Assembly (NCBI GenBank): GCA_041674805.1
Contig: JBAYVA010000004.1
Location: 30,069-94,068, forward strand
Reading direction: 5' to 3'
Length of the DNA stretch: 64,000 nt
Source: Candidatus Magasanikiibacteriota bacterium
GTDB taxonomy: Bacteria; Patescibacteriota; Patescibacteriia; Magasanikbacterales; UBA922
Part shown: positions 10,272 to 18,895 of the stretch, one piece after another
Layout: each line of letters opens with the position of its first letter
How positions within the stretch are numbered: the first letter of the stretch is position 1
Made by a program: the position numbers and the translations under genes
Notes under the pieces: model-generated
What the model was told of the DNA's origin: nothing
The model's database searches: none
What the model saw: the letters and a program-made list of their open reading frames with translations, nothing else

Positions 10272-10877
10272 ATGTTTACATTTAGACAAAGAATTTTTAT
10301 TTTTTCTGGTATTTTTGTGGGATTGGTTTTGGTTATTTTATTATATTTTTTTTATATAAAACCAAAAAACAATAAGCAAGAGAACACACCAGAAGTTGTG
10401 GTCAATGAAAATATTGTAGACAGCAATAATCCTAATTTAATTTTTGATAATTTAGCAAATAATAATCAAGTTATAAGTAAACCAGACGGAACACCAGAAG
10501 AACAATTTTTGAAACAGATGTCTAGATTTTTTGTAGAAAGATTTTTTACTTATTCTAATCAAAATAACAATGTTCATATTGTAGAATTACAAAGTTTGGC
10601 AACACCAAGTATGAATACTTGGATGAATACACAAATGAGAAAAAAAGAGCAAGACTATAGTGGTGTTACTACTAGAGTTTTTAGTATGTCTCTTATTAAT
10701 TTTGACAAAAATTTAGCAAAAGCTTCTGCCATGGTAGATGCTGAACATGTTATTTCTATTGAAAAAGATAATCAAGTAGAACAAAGTAAAACACAAAAAA
10801 AATACCAAGTAGATTTTGAATACGTTGATAATACTTGGAAAGTCTCAGCTGTTTGGGACAAAACTTTAAGCAATTAA
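10272..10877 (+). CDS. Single-TM protein with probable NTF2-like (VirB8/TcpC-like) domain
   Basis: N-terminal TM, FVERFFTYS, C-terminal ...VDFEYVDNTWKVSAV; follows virB4; alternative start 10239. Confidence 0.6.
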   Translation: MFTFRQRIFIFSGIFVGLVLVILLYFFYIKPKNNKQENTPEVVVNENIVDSNNPNLIFDNLANNNQVISKPDGTPEEQFLKQMSRFFVERFFTYSNQNNNVHIVELQSLATPSMNTWMNTQMRKKEQDYSGVTTRVFSMSLINFDKNLAKASAMVDAEHVISIEKDNQVEQSKTQKKYQVDFEYVDNTWKVSAVWDKTLSN

Positions 10878-10885
10878 TTTTTTAT

Positions 10886-11578
10886 ATGATTTTGGGAGGA
10901 ATTGTCAATTCTTTAAAAGATATTTTTTTTCCAGTAAATTGTTTAAACTGTGCCAAAGAAGGTGCTTTTGTTTGTAATGAATGTTTTGAAACACTAGATT
11001 TGTCTGGTGTTTTTTGTTGTCCTATTTGTCACAAAGAAACTATTGATGGAAATTATTGTGATAATTGCCAACCTTTGTTTATAGACAAACATGTCGCTGC
11101 TATCAAATATTTAGAAACAGATTTGATAGGGGAGATAATCCATAATTTCAAATATCAGTATGTAGAAGATTTGGATAAAATAATTGAAAAAATGTTGATA
11201 AATTTTTTTGCAAACAAAAAAATAAGTGATATAGATTTAATAACTTTTGTGCCTTTGCATAGTCGTAGATATGTAGAAAGAGGATTCAATCAAGCTGAAA
11301 AAATAGCAATACTTTGTGGTAAAATTTTACATAAGCCGGTTACTAATTTACTCAAGAGAACTCGATATACACATCCACAAGCTCAGTTCAAAAGACAAGA
11401 AAGATTAGTGAATTTGCAAAATGCTTTTTCTTTAGAGAATAAAAAAGATGTGTTTGCCAAAAATATTTTGGTAGTTGACGATGTATTTACTACAGGTTCT
11501 ACTATTCAGGAGTGTGCTAAGGTCTTAAAATTGCATAAAGCTGCTAATGTATATGGTTTTAGTTTAGCTAGAGGTTGA
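10886..11578 (+). CDS. comF: ComF family competence protein (zinc ribbon + PRTase)
   Basis: Four CxxC pairs, VPLH...RGFNQA, VVDDVFTTGST. Confidence 0.9.
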   Translation: MILGGIVNSLKDIFFPVNCLNCAKEGAFVCNECFETLDLSGVFCCPICHKETIDGNYCDNCQPLFIDKHVAAIKYLETDLIGEIIHNFKYQYVEDLDKIIEKMLINFFANKKISDIDLITFVPLHSRRYVERGFNQAEKIAILCGKILHKPVTNLLKRTRYTHPQAQFKRQERLVNLQNAFSLENKKDVFAKNILVVDDVFTTGSTIQECAKVLKLHKAANVYGFSLARG

Positions 11579-11596
11579 TTAATTATAAAATTAGAC

Positions 11597-11630
11597 AAAA
11601 AAATATCGCTTTTTATTGCGATATTTTTTT
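11597..11630. terminator. Bidirectional intrinsic terminator
   Basis: aaaaaaatatcgc/gcgatattttttt between convergent comF and dsbB. Confidence 0.75.
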
Positions 11631-11642
11631 ATGTTTACAAAG

Positions 11643-12158
11643 TTATTTTTTTTGCATTTTTAAAAAGAAAATCATTAGTATAAAAGCAGTAAGTGACATC
11701 ATAGGTATTGTAACATAGCCAAACTCCAAAATATATAATTTGGTACAAGAGACAGCAGTATCACAAGCAATACTATTTTCAGTACCTAGGTAATAAAGTA
11801 AATTTTGATAGACACCAATGATAGCTCCTAATATTGTCAATGTTAAAGCGTATAAGTAAGAATGTTTAAATTCTTTTTTGAAGTAAGCAATACCCAAAAA
11901 TATTGCTTGAGGATAAATAAAGACTCTTTGCCACCAACATAAAGAACATGGTAAATAGCCAACTATTTCAGAATAATACAAACTAAGTAAAGCAGAAAAA
12001 AGAGCCATTAGCCAAGCTAATAGTAGACCATATTGTCCAAAAAATTTCTTGGCCAAGTTGTTTTCTTTTTTCCAAAAAATATAAATCAAAACTACAATTA
12101 AAAAAATGTGTGATAAAAGTGTGCCTGTAGCTAAAAGTTTGTTTACTATTTCGATCAT
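11643..12158 (-). CDS. dsbB: Disulfide bond formation protein B (DsbB/BdbC-like)
   Basis: SLYYSEI.GYLPCSLCWWQR, second Cys pair, VTIPMMSL, 4-5 TM. Confidence 0.85.
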   Translation of the reverse strand: MIEIVNKLLATGTLLSHIFLIVVLIYIFWKKENNLAKKFFGQYGLLLAWLMALFSALLSLYYSEIVGYLPCSLCWWQRVFIYPQAIFLGIAYFKKEFKHSYLYALTLTILGAIIGVYQNLLYYLGTENSIACDTAVSCTKLYILEFGYVTIPMMSLTAFILMIFFLKMQKK

Positions 12159-12168
12159 ATTTTTTATA

Positions 12169-12549
12169 TTAAGGTAATTGACAACTTGTTTTTTCTGCTA
12201 ATTCTTGCAAAGATAATTCACCAGATTGTCTACTACCATCGGCAAATATCCAAGTAGGATAGCCTTCTATTTTTTGATTAGTACAGACAGGTAATTGTCC
12301 ATTGCTATCTACAGTAGAACATTCTACATATGGTAAGTATTTGGCAGATTTTCCAAAAGTTTCTTTTTGGGCATTACAATGTGAACACCAAAAAGCGCCA
12401 TAAAAAACAGCCCCTTTGTCTTGTAAACATTTGGCAAATTCATCTAGTTTGCCAGGTTTTTGGTTGTAAGAGACTAAACTATAAATAGCAATACTTAAGA
12501 TAATAATTATGATTGAAATTATAGTAATATTTTTTGTTTTTTTATTCAT
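12169..12549 (-). CDS. Membrane-anchored thioredoxin-fold protein
   Basis: N-terminal TM, YGAFWCSHC, IEGYPTW cis-Pro loop. Confidence 0.85.
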   Translation of the reverse strand: MNKKTKNITIISIIIIILSIAIYSLVSYNQKPGKLDEFAKCLQDKGAVFYGAFWCSHCNAQKETFGKSAKYLPYVECSTVDSNGQLPVCTNQKIEGYPTWIFADGSRQSGELSLQELAEKTSCQLP

Positions 12550-12651
12550 GTCATTTGATTATAATTTATATTTGGTTATTATATCAATAATCTTTTGTTG
12601 TAGTCAAATTATAACAAAAAACAAACTTTAAAATAAAGTTTGTTTTTTTAG

Positions 12652-12738
12652 CGGAGAGATAGGGATTCGAACCCTAGGAAGGTTTGACCCTTCAACGGTT
12701 TTCAAGACCGCCGCCATAGACCGCTCAGCCATCTCTCC
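12652..12738 (-). tRNA. tRNA-Ser(TGA)
   Basis: Reverse complement GGAGAGATGGCTGAGCGG...CT-TGA-AA...long variable arm...GGTTCGAATCC...CTCTCCG; CCA not encoded. Confidence 0.95.
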
Positions 12739-12739
12739 A

Positions 12740-12821
12740 GTTTAACTTTTGACAGTTAACATTTGACAATTAACTTATTAAAATAAGGTTAATTTTTAAT
12801 AGTCAAATGTAAATTGTCAAG
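12740..12821. repeat. Inverted 7-mer (TGACART) repeat arms in tRNA spacer
   Basis: ttgacagttaacatttgacaattaac ... ttaatagtcaaatgtaaattgtcaa. Confidence 0.7.
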
Positions 12822-12852
12822 ATTGGTGTATTGTTACTATGATGATCAAAAG

Positions 12853-12941
12853 CGGAGAAGGCGGGATTCGAACCCGCGGTCCGGTTTTACCCAGACAACA
12901 CATTAGCAGTGTGCCCCTTTCGGCCTCTCAGGCACCTCTCC
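12853..12941 (-). tRNA. tRNA-Ser(GCT)
   Basis: Reverse complement GGAGAGGTGCCTGAG...CT-GCT-AA...long variable arm...GGTTCGAATCC; G73. Confidence 0.95.
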
Positions 12942-12943
12942 TA

Positions 12944-13020
12944 TGACAACTTTTAACAGTTGGCAATTGACTATTAACTTTTTTTAAGATGTCAACTGTC
13001 ATTTGTTAAGTGTCAAAAGT
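12944..13020. repeat. Inverted 7-mer (TGACART) repeat arms in second tRNA spacer
   Basis: tgacaacttttaacagttggcaattgac ... gtcaactgtcatttgttaagtgtca. Confidence 0.65.
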
Positions 13021-13026
13021 TGGTCC

Positions 13027-13116
13027 TGGCGGAGAGACAGGGATTCGAACCCTGGGTCCCCTTGCGGAGACTGCAGTTTAGTAAACTGCTGCTATCGGCC
13101 ACTCAGCCATCTCTCC
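13027..13116 (-). tRNA. tRNA-Ser with ACT anticodon (A34)
   Basis: Reverse complement GGAGAGATGGCTGAGTGGCCGATAGCA-GCAGT-TT-ACT-AA-ACTGC-AGTCTCCGCAAGGGGAC-CCAGG-GTTCGAATCC-CTG-TCTCTCC-G-CCA; long variable arm, G73, encoded CCA. Confidence 0.9.
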
Positions 13117-13140
13117 TTTTTTAACATCTAATTCTTGTAT

Positions 13141-13169
13141 ATTCTATATCAAACAAATAATATTGTCAA
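13141..13169 (-). promoter_or_regulatory. Sigma70 promoter of the tRNA-Ser operon
   Basis: TTGACA-17-TAGAAT on the minus strand. Confidence 0.75.
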
Positions 13170-13245
13170 CTTCTAAACCTGTGGTTATTTTTGTTTTTTT
13201 GGGTGTTTACTATATCTAATATTTTTGTTATAATTTAGCTATATT

Positions 13246-13707
13246 ATGAAAAACAAAATGAACAATCATGGATTTTCTATGATTTTAGAAAATTTACAAG
13301 ATGTTTCTTCACAAGAAGCTTATGGAAAAGAAGCCTCAAAAGAATTCAAAGATTGGATAGAAGAGGGAAGTAGTGAAGGTAAATTATCTATAGATGTGGC
13401 TCAAAATGATTCACATATTTTTGTAGTATCTACTATGGCTGGTGCTAAACCAGATAAAATAGAAGTTTTTGTTCACAATGATGTTTTGACTATTAGAGGT
13501 ACAAGATATTCTCCTTTAGATATAGAAAAAAACATTGAATATTATTACAAAGAATGTTTTTGGGGAGTATTTTCTCGTACGGTTGTTTTGCCTGTTGAAG
13601 TAAAAAGTGATTTATCTTATGCCAAATTTCAAAATGGTGTTTTGTTTTTAAGTATCCCAAAAAAGAAACATGAAACCAAAATCTCGATTGAGATAGTAGA
13701 AGACTAA
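13246..13707 (+). CDS. Hsp20/alpha-crystallin small heat-shock protein
   Basis: EGKLSIDV, LTIRGTR, ECFWGVFSRTVVLP, FQNGVLFLSIPK. Confidence 0.9.
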   Translation: MKNKMNNHGFSMILENLQDVSSQEAYGKEASKEFKDWIEEGSSEGKLSIDVAQNDSHIFVVSTMAGAKPDKIEVFVHNDVLTIRGTRYSPLDIEKNIEYYYKECFWGVFSRTVVLPVEVKSDLSYAKFQNGVLFLSIPKKKHETKISIEIVED

Positions 13708-13717
13708 TTTAAAAAAT

Positions 13718-15730
13718 ATGTTTGAAAATTTTTTCAAAAAAGAAAATGAAAAGTTGGTTAATTTTTCGTGGAAACGTGTTTGGTTGATTATTACAATATT
13801 TGTTGTAATGGTTGGTGTTTTTTTTGTGGCTAGTTTTGTTTATGTAGATAGTTACAAAGAAAAAGTTTTGCCAGGTGTTTATTTGGGTGGTATTCATATT
13901 GGAGGTATGGACAAAGAAAATTTGACTACCTATATTCAAAGCATGAATACTAAATTGTTAAATAAAGGTATTTTATTTAATTTTTCATTTGAAGGTGAAG
14001 AAAAAAAATTTACGGTTTATCCTTCAGTTCTTGCCAAAGAGGAAACACGTGATTTGATAGATTTAGACATACAAAAAGAAGTAGATAGTTTAATTTATTA
14101 TCGTAAAAATGATAATTTTTTGTCTGATATATTTTCGGCTGTTTTGGTACGTATTCAAAAACCTACTTTGAATTTAGAAACTGTAAAAATAGACAAGAAT
14201 GAACTTTTTATACAAATACAAAATTTTTTGAAAGATTATATAAAAGAACCAAAAAATGCTACTATCAAAATTACTACATTGGATCCTCTTAAATATGAAT
14301 TAGTTTCTTCGACATCAGGTTATTCTTTTGACTACGAAATGGTAGCTGGTAAGATTTTGAAATCTTGGTCAAATTTAGAAACACCTAATATTGATATTGT
14401 CTCTCATGCTAAGGATGCTGAAATAAAAGAAGAAGATGTAAAATTAATGACAGACAAATTAAGTAAAATTTTTGATGGCGGTCCTCTAAATATTTCTTAT
14501 ATAGATAAATTTACTACTAAAAAGTATAATTGGGTGATTACAACTAAGATGATTTCAGATTGGTTGGAGGTCCAAAAAAATAATGAAGGTAATTTATCTT
14601 TTGGTTTAAATTTTGCTTCTACTACAGAATTCTTTTTAAAAGAAATTGAACCTAATGTAAACATAAAAGCTCAAGATGCCAAATTTCAAATTGGTGCTAA
14701 TGGAAAAGTTAATGAGTTTGTTGGTTCTAGACCTGGTGCAACAGTAGATACTGAAGCTACTTTAGAAAAAGTCAAAGAAGCTTTTGATTCTAGAATTTTA
14801 CATTTGGATGCTGTAGTAAAAAATGTAGATTTGGTAATCAAAGAGACAAAACCAAATATCAAAACAGGAGAAGTCAATGATTTAGGTATCTCTGAAATTA
14901 TTGGTGTTGGACAATCTAGATTTAAAGGTAGTCCTACAAATCGTATCAAAAACATAAAACATGCTATTTATGATAAGTTGAATGGTTTACTTATCAAACC
15001 TAATGAAGACTTTTCTCTTGTAAACGCTTTAAGACCTTTTACTGTTGCAGATGGATATTTACCAGAGTTAGTTATCAAAGGTGATGAAATAAAACCAGAA
15101 GTTGCTGGTGGTTTATGTCAGGTAGGTACTACAATGTTTCGTGCCGCTATGAATTCTGGATTAAAAATTACTGCAAGAAGAAATCATTCTTTAGTTGTGA
15201 GTTATTATAATGATTTATCAAATGGTAATCCTGGTACAGATGCTACTATTTATGATCCAAATCCAGATTTTCGTTTTTTGAATGATACTGGTAATTATAT
15301 TTTGGTTACAACTGAAATGAATACACAAACAGGTGATCTTTTCATTTATCTTTGGGGAACAAATGATGGTCGTAAAGCTTCATATAGTCCACCAGTTGTT
15401 TCTAAATGGATACCTACAGGACCAGTCAAGAATATAGAAACAACAAATTTAGCTCCTGGCAAAAAAGAATGTCAAGAATCTCATGTTGGTGCTCAAACTT
15501 CTTTTACCTATACTCGTGTTTTGGCTGATGGTAAGAAAGAAAATGTTGTTTTTGATAGTTATTATCGACCTTTACCAAAGATTTGTTTGGTGGGTGTAGA
15601 ACCAAAAGTGGAAGCTACTATACCAAGTACTGAAGAAATACCAAATACTACAGAAGAAATTACAGCAGAGGTACCTGTTTTAGAAGAAAATCAATTACCT
15701 TTTGATCTAAATGACCCTGTTTTGAATTGA
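13718..15730 (+). CDS. VanW family protein with peptidoglycan-binding (PG_binding_4-like) domains
   Basis: N-terminal TM; NRIKNI, GGLCQVGTTMFRAA, RRNHS, GTDATIY, DFRFLNDTG. Confidence 0.9.
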   Translation: MFENFFKKENEKLVNFSWKRVWLIITIFVVMVGVFFVASFVYVDSYKEKVLPGVYLGGIHIGGMDKENLTTYIQSMNTKLLNKGILFNFSFEGEEKKFTVYPSVLAKEETRDLIDLDIQKEVDSLIYYRKNDNFLSDIFSAVLVRIQKPTLNLETVKIDKNELFIQIQNFLKDYIKEPKNATIKITTLDPLKYELVSSTSGYSFDYEMVAGKILKSWSNLETPNIDIVSHAKDAEIKEEDVKLMTDKLSKIFDGGPLNISYIDKFTTKKYNWVITTKMISDWLEVQKNNEGNLSFGLNFASTTEFFLKEIEPNVNIKAQDAKFQIGANGKVNEFVGSRPGATVDTEATLEKVKEAFDSRILHLDAVVKNVDLVIKETKPNIKTGEVNDLGISEIIGVGQSRFKGSPTNRIKNIKHAIYDKLNGLLIKPNEDFSLVNALRPFTVADGYLPELVIKGDEIKPEVAGGLCQVGTTMFRAAMNSGLKITARRNHSLVVSYYNDLSNGNPGTDATIYDPNPDFRFLNDTGNYILVTTEMNTQTGDLFIYLWGTNDGRKASYSPPVVSKWIPTGPVKNIETTNLAPGKKECQESHVGAQTSFTYTRVLADGKKENVVFDSYYRPLPKICLVGVEPKVEATIPSTEEIPNTTEEITAEVPVLEENQLPFDLNDPVLN

Positions 15731-15798
15731 TTTGTGGACATATAATATATAAAATTGGCTTAAATAAGCCAATTTTTGTTTTTTATCCTTATTTACTC

Positions 15799-15827
15799 TT
15801 GACAACTTTGTTATAATATGTTATTAT
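15799..15827 (+). promoter_or_regulatory. Sigma70 promoter with no downstream ORF
   Basis: TTGACA-17-TATTAT, placed after the vanW terminator (15751-15777). Confidence 0.65.
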
Positions 15828-15833
15828 ATCAAG

Positions 15834-16158
15834 TCGTATAAAAAAAGGTTTAACAGTTTAAGAATGTAGTAAAGTATATTTTTGACACATAAGCTTAGTA
15901 AATAAAAATATACGCTCCTGTATTCACAACTATAAATAGTTAAAGCTAAACGAGGATTTAGGATAGTGCGTTTTTCTTAGTAAAGTCTATTAAAAACATA
16001 TTATCCTGTATCCACGACAAGCATGGGGGTGTGTTGTAGGCTAGGGCAGGCTACGGCTCGCAATTGACCTAGAACACACCTTCTTGGATCAGGTAAGGAC
16101 TCAATTCCTTAATCTTTTAAATATTCCTCAACACATTTGTGCTGAGGAATTTTTTTTT
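15834..16158 (+). ncRNA. Candidate structured non-coding RNA (~320 nt), family unassigned
   Basis: Own promoter and terminator; three long stems with G-U pairs that favour the + strand; duplicated internal motifs; no ORF of note. Confidence 0.55.
16123..16158 (+). terminator. Intrinsic terminator
   Basis: attcctca/tgaggaat stem plus T8. Confidence 0.8.
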
Positions 16159-16250
16159 GACACTGATTACACTGATTAGAAAAGATTACACTGAAAAATA
16201 AGCTAAGATCTTTAAACCATTATTTTTGTTTATTTAAAAACAGACGTGTA

Positions 16251-16844
16251 TTAGTCTGTTTTTGTTTTTAGATATTTTATAAATTTATCAAAGTCTTTGT
16301 ATAAATAAGATTCTATACCTAATTCTTTGGCAATCTCTATATTTTTTACATCATCATCTAAATAAAATATTTCTTTTGCTGGAATATTTAGATTATCTAA
16401 TATGAATTCATAAAATTCTTTAGTTGGTTTTTTGTGTCCAATATAAGCTGAAGAAAAAATTCCATCAAATAATTCTCCAAATTTCATTTTATTCTTCAAA
16501 TATTCTGTGCGGTATTTTTCTTGATTGGTGGCTAAATAGCACTTTATACCTTCTTTTTTTAATTGATTTATAAATTCTATAACTTTTTCATCGATATTAT
16601 TTTCATGTTCAAACCACTGTTTTAGAAATTCATCTACACTTTCATTCCATTGCCATTTTACTAGCCATGGTTTAATTACTTCTTTTAGGTCTGCTTTGCC
16701 TTTCATGCAGTCTTGAAACACTCCTGTAAAAAATGGTAACATTTCTTCTTTTGGAATATTATTTTTTTGACTGTAGTGATTACTAAACATTTCAGATAAA
16801 ACGACTACACCATCTGTGTCAAAAAGAAAAACTTTGTATTTCAT
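16251..16844 (-). CDS. HAD-superfamily hydrolase
   Basis: FDTDGV motif I, ATNQ, KKP, YLDD. Confidence 0.9.
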   Translation of the reverse strand: MKYKVFLFDTDGVVVLSEMFSNHYSQKNNIPKEEMLPFFTGVFQDCMKGKADLKEVIKPWLVKWQWNESVDEFLKQWFEHENNIDEKVIEFINQLKKEGIKCYLATNQEKYRTEYLKNKMKFGELFDGIFSSAYIGHKKPTKEFYEFILDNLNIPAKEIFYLDDDVKNIEIAKELGIESYLYKDFDKFIKYLKTKTD

Positions 16845-16863
16845 AATTTTCTTAATAAAACGT

Positions 16864-16890
16864 TAGGGACAGGTCTAGACCTGTCCCTAC
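16864..16890. repeat. GTAG-family REP-like perfect palindrome
   Basis: tagggacaggtct|agacctgtcccta (26 bp perfect); reads GTAGGG... on the minus strand. Confidence 0.7.
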
Positions 16891-16906
16891 AATTTATATA
16901 ATATTA

Positions 16907-17518
16907 TTATTTCTCAATCACTTTGTCTACCAAACCATATTTTACAGCTGCCTGAGCACTCATGAAATTGTCACGGTCTGAATCATTTTCGATAGTAGTT
17001 AATTTTTGACCAGTGTGTTTTTGTAAAATTGCGTTTAGGTTGTCTTTCATTTTTAGTATTCTTTCAGCGTGAATCTTGATATCACTAGCTTGGCCTTGAG
17101 TGCCACCCATGACTTGGTGAATCATGACTTCACTGTTTGGCAAGCAAAATCTTTTGCCTTTGGCTCCTGCGGCTAATAAAACTGAGGCCATACTAGCTGC
17201 CATACCAATACAAATAGTAGATACATCAGGTTTTACAAATTGCATAGTGTCGTAGATAGCTAAGCCAGCTGTGACTGAACCACCAGGGGAATTGATATAT
17301 ATTTTGATATCTTTTTCTGGATCTTGATTGGCCAAGAATAATAGTTGAGCTATCACAATATTAGCGACTTGGTCATTGATTTCTGTGCCCAAAAAAATTA
17401 TTCTGTCTTTGAGTAGTCTGGAATAAATATCATAAGCACGTTCACCATAACTAGTCTTTTCTATAATAGTTGGGATGAGGATTTGAGAAGTTATCTCTTG
17501 GTTGGAAGAGTTGTTCAT
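16907..17518 (-). CDS. clpP: ATP-dependent Clp protease proteolytic subunit
   Basis: [37 protein letters not shown]. Confidence 0.97.
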   Translation of the reverse strand: MNNSSNQEITSQILIPTIIEKTSYGERAYDIYSRLLKDRIIFLGTEINDQVANIVIAQLLFLANQDPEKDIKIYINSPGGSVTAGLAIYDTMQFVKPDVSTICIGMAASMASVLLAAGAKGKRFCLPNSEVMIHQVMGGTQGQASDIKIHAERILKMKDNLNAILQKHTGQKLTTIENDSDRDNFMSAQAAVKYGLVDKVIEK

Positions 17519-17589
17519 AAAGTTTATTTTTTATTTAGTTACATTCGTAATTCGAATGTTATTTTTTGTAAAACAATGCTATTTATATA

Positions 17590-18573
17590 TTACCTTATAT
17601 TCTTATTTTTTTCAATTGTGGACCAAACATTTTCTATAGCTTCTTCAATAGGACCATTTATTTCAAAACCAGCAGCTTTTTTGTGTCCACCACCACCAAA
17701 TAATCTGGCAATTTGTGAAAGATCTAAGGTATCTAAAGTAGTTCTAGTACTGACTTTTACATTGCCATTAGCTTTTTCTTTGAAAAGAAATATAGCTTGT
17801 CCTTCAGTAAGATGATTCATCATGTTTGATAATCCTCCAATTTCTTCTTCGCCCAAATTATATTTTTGTAAGTCAGCTTGTTTTATATAAGTATAAACAA
17901 TATTATTTTTTTCATTTATATTTAAACGATTGAGTACAGTACCCCATAATTGTAAAATAGCAATATTTTTGTCTAAAACGATATAATCGTGTATTTTTTT
18001 GAATTTGGCTCCTTTGTTTACTAGGTAACTAGCCATAGACAAGGCTTCTTTTGATGTGGCAGCATTAGAAAAGTTATCAGTATCTGTAATAAGACCTGTG
18101 AGTAATGCTGTAGCCATTTCACTATTTATTTTTATTTTATTTACTAAAAAGTAGTTGTATATTACTTCTACTGTGGAAGATAAAGTTTCTCTTACTAAAT
18201 TGAAGTTGCCATATTGAATATTACTAGCATGGTGATCTATGTTGATGATAAAAGGTTTTTTTTGGTTTTTTATAAATTCATCAATGCCGGCATAAGATAG
18301 GTCTCCTGAATCAAAAACCAAAATAGCTCCAAATTGTGTTTTCCAGGTATCTGGATGAGTTTGTATTTGGTCAATATTTTTTAGATATTCAAATTGTTTT
18401 GAAGCCGGTGTTTTGCAAAATAGAGTGTATTTTTTGTTTAATTGTTCCAACATTTGGGAAAATGAGGAAACAGAACTACAAGCGTCGCCATCAGGATTTT
18501 GATGTGCTACTAGCAAAAAATTGTCCTTTTGAAGGATTTCAGAGTGAATTTGTTTGGCTATTCTATGTGGCAT
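17590..18573 (-). CDS. nrnA: DHH/DHHA1 phosphoesterase (NrnA-like)
   Basis: HQNPDGDA, NIDHH, GLITDT, GGGGHKKAAG. Confidence 0.85.
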   Translation of the reverse strand: MPHRIAKQIHSEILQKDNFLLVAHQNPDGDACSSVSSFSQMLEQLNKKYTLFCKTPASKQFEYLKNIDQIQTHPDTWKTQFGAILVFDSGDLSYAGIDEFIKNQKKPFIINIDHHASNIQYGNFNLVRETLSSTVEVIYNYFLVNKIKINSEMATALLTGLITDTDNFSNAATSKEALSMASYLVNKGAKFKKIHDYIVLDKNIAILQLWGTVLNRLNINEKNNIVYTYIKQADLQKYNLGEEEIGGLSNMMNHLTEGQAIFLFKEKANGNVKVSTRTTLDTLDLSQIARLFGGGGHKKAAGFEINGPIEEAIENVWSTIEKNKNIR

Positions 18574-18597
18574 ATTTGTCTTATTTTACAGCCAGCC

Positions 18598-18626
18598 ATT
18601 ATATCTGATATTCATATTATTGTCAA
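18598..18626 (-). promoter_or_regulatory. Sigma70 promoter for nrnA-clpP
   Basis: TTGACA-17-TATAAT on the minus strand. Confidence 0.8.
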
Positions 18627-18713
18627 CTATCAAGAAAAAAGGTATAATAGATGTAATTTGTAGAATAACTATTACTTATTTTATAGTTTGTCTTATTTAT
18701 ACAGTTTTTAGTT

Positions 18714-18820
18714 AAAAGTTTGTAAAGTTCATTCCGCCCAAGGCGGACAAGAAAGTTTATAAAGTAATTTGATTGTATATTTATTTTAAAAAACTTTATA
18801 AACTTTTAACTTTATAAACT
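18714..18820. repeat. Inverted AAAGTTTAT-type repeat arms with embedded palindrome TCCGCC-caa-GGCGGA (18733-18747)
   Basis: aaagtttataaagt / actttataaacttt. Confidence 0.75.
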
Positions 18821-18895
18821 ATTTTTATAATAAAATGATATATACTTTAGAAAGTAGTATTTTGTTTAATATTTAATTTATCGTTTGAGTAGTGT

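Noticed and set aside
13027-13116. Reading the odd tRNA as an amber suppressor (CTA) or tRNA-Sec/Pyl
   Set aside because: The 5-bp stem and 7-nt loop TTACTAA place ACT at 34-36; the acceptor stem is the standard 7 bp with Ser identity.
15834-16158. CRISPR array, group II intron domain V, T-box, tmRNA or RNase P
   Set aside because: Only two degenerate units and no cas genes. The minus-strand GAGCCGTA lacks the rest of domain V. None of the other consensus motifs was found.
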